Positions 57,098 through 64,000 of a DNA stretch of 64,000 nt are shown piece by piece (positions within the stretch are counted from its first letter, which is position 1; every line of letters begins with the position of its first letter). The notes beneath the pieces are model-generated. The model made no database searches and was not told where the DNA came from. It worked only from the letters and a program-made list of their open reading frames with translations. A program made the translations under genes and the position numbers. The DNA lies in NCBI GenBank assembly GCA_965205975.1, contig OZ242195.1, forward strand, positions 3,008,001 through 3,072,000, read 5' to 3'. This stretch comes from Candidatus Latescibacterota bacterium. GTDB lineage: Bacteria > Latescibacterota > UBA2968.

Positions 57098-57502
57098 CTA
57101 TCTGGCAAAACTGGAGCGCAATTTAATACCCCATCTGCCATCCTCATACGTAAGAACATAAAGTGAATCGTGAGCGGCAATCACCGAACCGTCTTCGCGG
57201 TAGCGAGTAAATTGCGTATCAACGTGAATCTTCTCATCCGAACAATGGACGATCTCGCGCCGGGTCCAAACACTGTAGTGCCAGCCGATATTGCCCAACC
57301 CCGTCCTCACGCGCGCGATAAACTCATCGTCCATATCCGCGTCTTCCCATCGGTGCATGATTCCCGAAGCCAGACGAAAATGTGGAAAATGCATCGTCGC
57401 CTTCCACGCCTGCAGATCCAGCGCATTAAAACCGGCCATCCACGCATCCAGCACGGGAATCGCCCGTTCTCTCGCCTGTGCAACCGCTTCTTCTGATGGC
57501 AT
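57098..57502 (-). CDS. Hypothetical protein, NTF2/SnoaL-like fold
   Basis: W...FNA.D, HFPH.RLA, K.HV...FTRY..DG and [10 protein letters not shown] motifs; in operon context. Confidence 0.6.
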   Translation of the reverse strand: MPSEEAVAQARERAIPVLDAWMAGFNALDLQAWKATMHFPHFRLASGIMHRWEDADMDDEFIARVRTGLGNIGWHYSVWTRREIVHCSDEKIHVDTQFTRYREDGSVIAAHDSLYVLTYEDGRWGIKLRSSFAR

Positions 57503-57516
57503 AAACCCTCCAATTC

Positions 57517-60009
57517 CTAACCATGTGGCAAATAATATTCGTGAAGTTGCTCTTTCGCTATGCCCTTTGCGATCAGACCATCAACATAATCGCTATCATA
57601 ACCCAACTCCCCGAGAATCTCCCTCGTATGCGCTCCCTGTTTGGGACAAGCGTAAAGCAATTGAACAGGCGCATTCTTCAAACGCACATAAGCGGGCGGC
57701 GCGAGATCGACAGCACTGCCAGCCGGATGATCTGTAAAACGAACAATAGAAATGGATCGCCCATCGTCCCATGTGTCCAACAGATCGTCACACACCTCGT
57801 GCAAAAACATCTCGCGAATATCTTCCAGCGAATCAATGCGGTGCCCGGCCAGACCCACCTCGTTAAAAACTTTAACCCAATGGGCCACATCGCGTTTTTT
57901 GATCTCACCCTCTAAAAATTCGCCAGCATCTTCATCGGGTGTATTCTCCAACCCCGCAACACACCTCAACTTACCCATCTCATGTTCCAACCCACCCAGG
58001 AAAACCCAGCCATCGCGCGCGCGATACATGCGGTGAAGCGCGTGTTCACCAACAGCATCCTGTCCCGCTGGCTCATCGCCCGAGCACCCGGCTTCGCAAG
58101 CATACATAAAAGGCGCCTGCACGAGTTGCCCCCCCTGCGCGAGCGACGTCGTCACAAAATCGCCGCCATCGGGCACGCCGCTGCGCCTGCGCTTGAGCAA
58201 CGCCAGCACCGCGCCATAAGTAGCCGAATATCCCGTAATATAATCGATACACGACGCCCAACCGTGCAACACCGGTCTCTTGCCCTCACCACCATAGCGC
58301 ATCTGTATCCCCGTCGATCCCTGAAGCAGAGGATCAAAACCCGGTCGATTCATCCACGGTCCCGGGCGCGGACCATTAAACGCCGTCAAATTGAGATACA
58401 CAATATCGGGTTTACACCGCTTAACAGCATCGTAGTCAATACCCAAACTTTGCGCAACCCCGGGCCGGAAATTGTGAACAATAACATCGGCTGTCTCAAC
58501 CAACTTCATAAAAGCCGCCCTGCCAGCCTCGTCTTTCAAATTCAAAATCACACTGCGCTTCCCGGGACTAACTTCCAGAGGAAACCAACTGGAAATGCGC
58601 GGACCAAAATAAGGCTCCGGCGGATCAATCTTAATAACCTCCGCACCGTATTCCGCCAGCGTACGCGCACTGGCTGGTCCCGCGAGCACATTGGACAAAT
58701 CCAAAACGCGAATACCTTCCAAAATGGGTTTTGCTGGCGAAGTAGCCTCTGTGGATTTTGATTCACCGCCACCTGCAAAAGATCCATCTGCGTTCATCTG
58801 CGTCATCTGCGTCATCTGCGGATACGCTTCTAACGGCCTCGACGGCCTGGGAATCGCGCATTCATCCGGCGTCTTGGCAAGCCACGTCTGCACGCCGAGT
58901 TGCCGCATCGGACCATACTCGGGATCATCAACCACAACAGTCAAAGCCGCTTCTTCGGTCTCGGATTTGTGCAACCACTCCTGTGCCGTACGCTGAATCG
59001 TACACGGCACGCCAGCAGCCGTCAAAACATCGACCCAGTGTTGTGCAGGTTCACTCGCCAGCACACTTTCAATTTTTTCCCGCGCTTTGAGATTCCATTC
59101 ACGAGACAAATGGGATGAATCGGGAATATTATTCGTCAGATGCAGATTCTCATACACGGGCACATCGACCATACCCTCTGCGATCAAATCATCGTACACC
59201 TCCAGCGCCTTGACCAGTGACCGACTATTTCGAGAATGTCCAGCCGCAATAATATAAAGCCATTGCCCATCGCCTGCCCGAAACGTGCCACTAAAAGGCG
59301 ACCCCGCACGACTGCGTTGTTTCTGACGACCAACATTAGACGGGCCGCCATATCGCGCGGGCTTGTCCGCCACATCCAGCATAATAACCGCCATAGCAGA
59401 CATCGCCGCACCAACCAGAGAAACCTCGATCACATCGCCGCGCCCGCTCTCTTCACGCGCATACAGCGCAAGCGTAACAGCGATAGCACCGTGAATCGCC
59501 CCATAAGTCGAACCCAACGGCATCGGCGTATAAACAGGTGGCAAATCCGGTCTTCTACTTTGAAGATCTGTATATTGACCTATAGCCGCGCTGATAATAC
59601 CTTCAAATGCGCGAATCGACGCTCTGTCATCCGTCGAAGCAAAACCCGGCAAAGAGAGATAAATCAACCCCGGATTCAGCGTAGTCATCTCTTCGGCTCC
59701 CAAACCCAATCGCTGCATAACGCCCGGGCGGAAATTTTCAATAACCACATCCGCCGAACGGATTAACTTCACCGCAGTCGCGAGATCATCTGCATTTTTC
59801 AGATCGAGCGCGATGCGCTGTTTGCCCCGATTAAAAACGCCATTTGCCGGCGTATCCCAATCCGGCTTACCCGGCCGATCCACCTTAATCACCTCGGCAC
59901 CCTGATCTGCGAGCAACATCCCCGTCAAAGGCCCGGCAATATAATGACCGAAATCGACAACGCGGATCCCGGTCAACGGCACTTGTTTATCGCGTTCTGG
60001 ATTCATCAA
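57517..60009 (-). CDS. Tandem-domain class III CoA-transferase (CaiB/BaiF; DddD-like architecture)
   Basis: Two CaiB domains (GIRVVDF..IAGP...ENFRPG and GIRVLDL..LAGP...HNFRPG), 830 aa. Confidence 0.85.
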   Translation of the reverse strand: MMNPERDKQVPLTGIRVVDFGHYIAGPLTGMLLADQGAEVIKVDRPGKPDWDTPANGVFNRGKQRIALDLKNADDLATAVKLIRSADVVIENFRPGVMQRLGLGAEEMTTLNPGLIYLSLPGFASTDDRASIRAFEGIISAAIGQYTDLQSRRPDLPPVYTPMPLGSTYGAIHGAIAVTLALYAREESGRGDVIEVSLVGAAMSAMAVIMLDVADKPARYGGPSNVGRQKQRSRAGSPFSGTFRAGDGQWLYIIAAGHSRNSRSLVKALEVYDDLIAEGMVDVPVYENLHLTNNIPDSSHLSREWNLKAREKIESVLASEPAQHWVDVLTAAGVPCTIQRTAQEWLHKSETEEAALTVVVDDPEYGPMRQLGVQTWLAKTPDECAIPRPSRPLEAYPQMTQMTQMNADGSFAGGGESKSTEATSPAKPILEGIRVLDLSNVLAGPASARTLAEYGAEVIKIDPPEPYFGPRISSWFPLEVSPGKRSVILNLKDEAGRAAFMKLVETADVIVHNFRPGVAQSLGIDYDAVKRCKPDIVYLNLTAFNGPRPGPWMNRPGFDPLLQGSTGIQMRYGGEGKRPVLHGWASCIDYITGYSATYGAVLALLKRRRSGVPDGGDFVTTSLAQGGQLVQAPFMYACEAGCSGDEPAGQDAVGEHALHRMYRARDGWVFLGGLEHEMGKLRCVAGLENTPDEDAGEFLEGEIKKRDVAHWVKVFNEVGLAGHRIDSLEDIREMFLHEVCDDLLDTWDDGRSISIVRFTDHPAGSAVDLAPPAYVRLKNAPVQLLYACPKQGAHTREILGELGYDSDYVDGLIAKGIAKEQLHEYYLPHG

Positions 60010-60168
60010 CTATCTCCTCAAACAAGGTCCTCTGATAACTCATTAACTGACATTACGCATATATCGCCTGTCATCCCCATTTCATAGGCATGACAAGATA
60101 TAGCGTTGCTGCGTAAGGTCAAATATATATTTTCGGAATCACCGTCGAAAACATGAGAAGTATAAACC

Positions 60169-60199
60169 AAAAAACCACGCCCAAAGGACGTGGTTTTTT
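60169..60199. terminator. Bidirectional intrinsic terminator-like hairpin
   Basis: AAAAAACCACG-cccaaagga-CGTGGTTTTTT. Confidence 0.65.
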
Positions 60200-60246
60200 A
60201 TTTATGAACTTGACCTGTTTTAGTTGATAACAGAATTAAACCCACT

Positions 60247-61575
60247 GGTCGAGTCCAAAAAGTTCTGTAAAATAGTAGCTCCGTGAAATAGGGGTCAGTG
60301 ATTTTGTTTTAGGTACGTCATGTCCAGATAGCGTCTGCCTGTGATCCACTCATCAGACCATTCCATACACAACGCGCCGATGAGACGTTCACAAGCCTTC
60401 TGGTTGGGGAAGATCTGCACCACATCGGCACGTCTTTTGATCTCCCGGTTGAGTCTCTCCAACAGGTTGGTGGTACGAATGCGTCTTTGGTGCTGTTGTG
60501 GAAAGTGGAAGCAGGCCAGAGCATGGATAATATCCTGGTCTATCTTGTCCACGAGCTTGGGCAGTATCTCTTCATAGGTGTCCATCATAGCAGATAGGCG
60601 CGCTTGTGCAGTGGCCTGATCGGGGGCATTGAAAACGTCTTTGAGTGCTTGGGCAACTTCGCGTTGATACTTAGGCGGTGTAATGCCTTTGACATTTCTG
60701 TGAAAATGGGTTTGACAATGCTGCCAAGAAGCCCCTTGAAAGTGTCGTTTGATGGCGTTTTGTAAGCCTTCGTGGTGGTCAGAGATAACCAGTTGCACAC
60801 CCTTTAACCCACGCTTTTTAAGGTCTTTAAACAAATCCCCATACGTGGCTTCTGTCTCGGTGTGCGCCACGTCAATGGCCAAAATGTCGCGGTGCCCACT
60901 CTCTGCGATCCCAGAAACGATTAAGACGGCCTCAGAAGCGACCTGTCCTCGACTACGGATGTGGAGATAGGTCGCATCAATGATCAGATAAGGGTATCCT
61001 TGCTCAAGGGAACGCCCCCGCCAGGCTTTAATATCTGCATCCAGGTCTTGACAAAGCTGTGAGACTTGGGACTTTGAAAAAGAGGTGCCACACAAGGCTT
61101 CTGTGATCTTTGTCACTTTGCGTGTGGAGACCCCTTGCAAATACGCCTCTTGAAGGGCAAGAATCAGTGCTTTTTCACTGCGTTGAAACCGTGAGAATAA
61201 CGCACTGCTAAATCGTCCTTCCCGATCTTGAGGCACGCGCAGTTCGATACGGCCTACGCGCGTCTTGAGGACACGAGGCTTATATCCGTTACGGTAGCCT
61301 GTCCGCTCGCCAGTTCTTTCATAAGGTTCTGCTTGTAAACACGACGTGATCTCGGCTTCCATAAACTGTTGCAGGAAGCGGGTGATGGCCTGATTGAGAA
61401 AATCAGGGTCATTCAAAAGTGCAAATTGCTCTGGCGCGGCAATTTTTATATCTTTGGGGTAAGTCATCGTAGCCTCCAAGGTTAGGGTTTATATTACTAC
61501 TCACCCCTATTTTAAGATTTTTCTCGGAGCTACGGTGACTTTTTTTCCTTTTTACAGAAATTTAAGGACGCTATC
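60247..61575 (-). mobile_element. IS256-family insertion sequence
   Basis: Imperfect terminal inverted repeats GGTCGAGTCCAAAAAGTTCTGTAAAA and (reverse complement) GATAGCGTCCTTAAATTTCTGTAAAA, plus subterminal inverted motifs GTAGCTCCG and AAATAGGGG, enclosing a transposase. Confidence 0.88.
60295..61479 (-). CDS. IS256-family (Mutator) DDE transposase
   Basis: YRNGY..R.L.TRVG...L.VP.DR, GVSTRKV, IDA, ISD.H.GL, QHCQTHF, RTTN.LERLNREIKRR. Confidence 0.95.
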   Translation of the reverse strand: MEATMTYPKDIKIAAPEQFALLNDPDFLNQAITRFLQQFMEAEITSCLQAEPYERTGERTGYRNGYKPRVLKTRVGRIELRVPQDREGRFSSALFSRFQRSEKALILALQEAYLQGVSTRKVTKITEALCGTSFSKSQVSQLCQDLDADIKAWRGRSLEQGYPYLIIDATYLHIRSRGQVASEAVLIVSGIAESGHRDILAIDVAHTETEATYGDLFKDLKKRGLKGVQLVISDHHEGLQNAIKRHFQGASWQHCQTHFHRNVKGITPPKYQREVAQALKDVFNAPDQATAQARLSAMMDTYEEILPKLVDKIDQDIIHALACFHFPQQHQRRIRTTNLLERLNREIKRRADVVQIFPNQKACERLIGALCMEWSDEWITGRRYLDMTYLKQNH

Positions 61576-61997
61576 TCCACTTCGTTGATCATGCGATAAA
61601 CCACATCTCCAGATTTGTTGCGATCATAAAAACTCAATGGCAACTGGATCAAGTGGTCGAAAAGATGGCTCCTTATATCCAGCATCATGCGATTGTTTAT
61701 CCAAGCAAATAGATAGTTTGAGCAAAAACCAATGATGATATTGCCGACTGTAACGCCCAGGAGCAGAAGCAAAATAAATATCAACAGCTCATAATCTTCA
61801 TTTGGAAAAACATCATCAATGATAATTTTCATGATATAGGGAAAAGCCAACGAGCTAACAGTCCCCAGGATCATGAGAACAAAAACAATGCTTTGGTGTA
61901 TCCAATAAGGTTTCAGAAATTTCAAGAAATGATAAAAGACATGTCCCTGCTTAGAGAGATTGAAAATGGCTGATATGACTGGTTGTTTGTTCTTCAT
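61576..61997 (-). pseudogene. 5' fragment of an ABC exporter (TMD), truncated by the IS256 element
   Basis: FLKPYW, P.IMK.IIDD, R..LFDHL..LPLSFYD....GD...R. The reading frame runs into the IS end at 61575, and no NBD is present beyond the IS. Confidence 0.8.
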
Positions 61998-62227
61998 ATT
62001 CACCCGTGATGTAAACAACTCAAAGTGTGCGTATGCATAAGACGCTCTTTGCTCGATAAGCTCAAGTAAACCATTCTCTCAAGCTCATATTCCCAAATGC
62101 TTGAGCTTTGAACTGTTGCCTGCCCGCGCCGTCGCACGGCAGGCAGGTCTGCCGCCAATATTCGACTTGCCAGGGTCTGTCGGCGGCTTTTTATATTTAG
62201 AAATCCGGACAAATAGATAACCGCGTA

Positions 62228-64000
62228 TCAATCCTCCCGCAGGGCATCTATTGGGCTTGCAGAGGCGACCTTCAGCGCGTGTACGAAGCCACCTAACAAG
62301 GGAAGTAGAATGCCTGCGAAAATCGCCGCTAAAATCGTCCCAACCCCAAATTGAAAACGGTAAGCAAATATCGAAAGCCACTCATCCATAAAGAAATAAG
62401 ACAGCGGTAGCGCGATAACGGCGGCTACAAACCCGGGCACTGCGTAGTTTAGCACGATCCCACTGGCTATTTTGGATGGCACAGCACCCATGACCCGTCG
62501 AATGGCAATTTCCTTTCGCCTGCGCGCCACTGCCAGAGAGATCATGCCCAGGGCACCCATTGACGCGATGAGAACAGCGCACAAAGCCGCCCCTGAGACG
62601 ATTTTGCTCCAACTGATTTCTCTGGCATAAAATTTTTGTCTTTCATCTTCTATATAAGAAAATCTCAAGGGGTGCTCTGTTTTAAGGTCTTCCCATACGC
62701 TTGTGAGATACGTACCAAAGGCTTCGGCACTGCCCTCTCGAATCCGAATCAATATCTCTGCCGAGAAGGCACGTTGCAAAGTTGCATCCGTGCCTACGGT
62801 GATGATCGTCGGTGAAACCTTATGGCTCAAGTCTCTAACGTGAAAATCCTTAACGACACCCACGATGCGACCACTGACATCACTGCCAAACACGCGCGAT
62901 CTTAACTTTTCTTCTGCTGGACTGATCACCTCTCCGATAGGGTCTGACAACCGCAGATGCTTTTGAAAGACTTCATTTACGATCACATCGCCAGGCATCG
63001 GATTGGGATACAATGATCTCCCCTGCAAGAGTTGCAACCCAACCGTCTCGAGAAAAGGCCCCTTCACTTGATAATAGGTGACCTCATCTATGAGATTACC
63101 ATGGCTATCTTTTATCAGGACTGAGTTTGACCAACCGAACGGCAAGTTCGTCCGTGCAGAGGATGCCACGAGCGGAGACGCAGATAAAGACGCTTGCAGG
63201 CGCCCCATCTCATTTTCGGTCAACCTACCCGTTTCGAGCCTGACCAGGTTCGCAGGTTCAAAGCCCGGCTCTGCCGTAAGAACAAAAAAAGTCTGTTCAA
63301 AGATGATGATCGTGCAAAAGACAAACACCAATGTCACACCCGATTGAACAGCCATCAATACCTTCAAAAAGGGACCAGACCTGACTACCTTTGCTGTTTT
63401 GCTCAAAACGATGAGGGCAGATACAGACGACATAAAGGTCGCCGGATAAATGGCTGTGCCCAGACCAATCAGACAGGCAAGCGAAAGAATAATGGTCGCG
63501 GTCTGAACGGGATCTACTAAAGACGTAAAGGGGGTCCGCAAAACACCTTCAAGAGGACTTGAAGCCAACTCTGCAACCATCAATCCAATAACACAAGCCA
63601 ACAGGCTGTATCCAAAGCATTCGACCAATAGCTGGTATCTGAGTTGCCGCTGGTTCGCACCAAAAATTTGCCTGATGCCCAATTCTTTGGTGCGTGAATT
63701 GAACCGTGCCACGTAGAGCAACACGTAATTCAGACACGCGACAGACAGAATTAGGACACTGATACCGCTGAGAATATATCCATACAAAGGGTTGGTGCCA
63801 GGACGCACACCTTGGCTGCCCCCCCCCGACCCACTATGACTATGATGGTGCAACTCTGTGATGGGTTGAAGTTTGGCCCTTAAGGTCTCCAAATCCCAGA
63901 ACGGGTTAGCGGGGTAATTTTGGATGATCCGTGTGAGCTTTCTCTCCACTTCCTTTATGTTGGCTTCGTCTGCCAGACGTATATAATGTGTGGATGTAAA
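62228..64000 (-). CDS. MacB/FtsX-like ABC permease (5' end outside the window)
   Basis: LQPITELH, ACLNY, R.KELGIRQ.FGA, IVGVVKDFH, RRKEIAIRRVMGA and P.DALRE motifs; the frame is open to position 64000. Confidence 0.88.
   Translation of the reverse strand, partial: FTSTHYIRLADEANIKEVERKLTRIIQNYPANPFWDLETLRAKLQPITELHHHSHSGSGGGSQGVRPGTNPLYGYILSGISVLILSVACLNYVLLYVARFNSRTKELGIRQIFGANQRQLRYQLLVECFGYSLLACVIGLMVAELASSPLEGVLRTPFTSLVDPVQTATIILSLACLIGLGTAIYPATFMSSVSALIVLSKTAKVVRSGPFLKVLMAVQSGVTLVFVFCTIIIFEQTFFVLTAEPGFEPANLVRLETGRLTENEMGRLQASLSASPLVASSARTNLPFGWSNSVLIKDSHGNLIDEVTYYQVKGPFLETVGLQLLQGRSLYPNPMPGDVIVNEVFQKHLRLSDPIGEVISPAEEKLRSRVFGSDVSGRIVGVVKDFHVRDLSHKVSPTIITVGTDATLQRAFSAEILIRIREGSAEAFGTYLTSVWEDLKTEHPLRFSYIEDERQKFYAREISWSKIVSGAALCAVLIASMGALGMISLAVARRRKEIAIRRVMGAVPSKIASGIVLNYAVPGFVAAVIALPLSYFFMDEWLSIFAYRFQFGVGTILAAIFAGILLPLLGGFVHALKVASASPIDALRED

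Overview
A 64 kb bacterial window with about 50 CDS. PorV/T9SS-type genes, a dockerin-like EF-hand tail, sulfatases and TPR proteins suggest an FCB-superphylum organism, possibly Latescibacterota-like; this assignment is inference only. Most of the window is catabolic and transport genes: glycosylasparaginase, SDRs, ABC exporters, a fucose-isomerase/UxuA operon, sulfatases, an amidase and a DddD-like CoA-transferase. There are two small toxin-antitoxin-like pairs. Main points of interest: (1) two genes that the ORF track truncates at an in-frame TGA but that look like selenoproteins, a secreted UxxC redoxin-Ig-Ig-dockerin protein (34769-36070) and a rhodanese with TGA at the catalytic Cys position (46925-47752), each followed by a similar GC-rich hairpin; (2) a TPR-YcaO-FGE-multiheme-octaheme HAO-like cluster (27274-34564) with no visible RiPP precursor; (3) an OM barrel-TonB receptor-CTD protein-PorV cassette (18897-26909), whose receptor is broken by two +1 indels; (4) several families of short tandem repeats and REP-like palindromes, some translated inside genes; (5) an IS256-family element (60247-61575) truncating an ABC exporter at the edge of a compositionally distinct region. 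No rRNA, tRNA or CRISPR array was recognised. All family assignments are by motif recognition, not database search.
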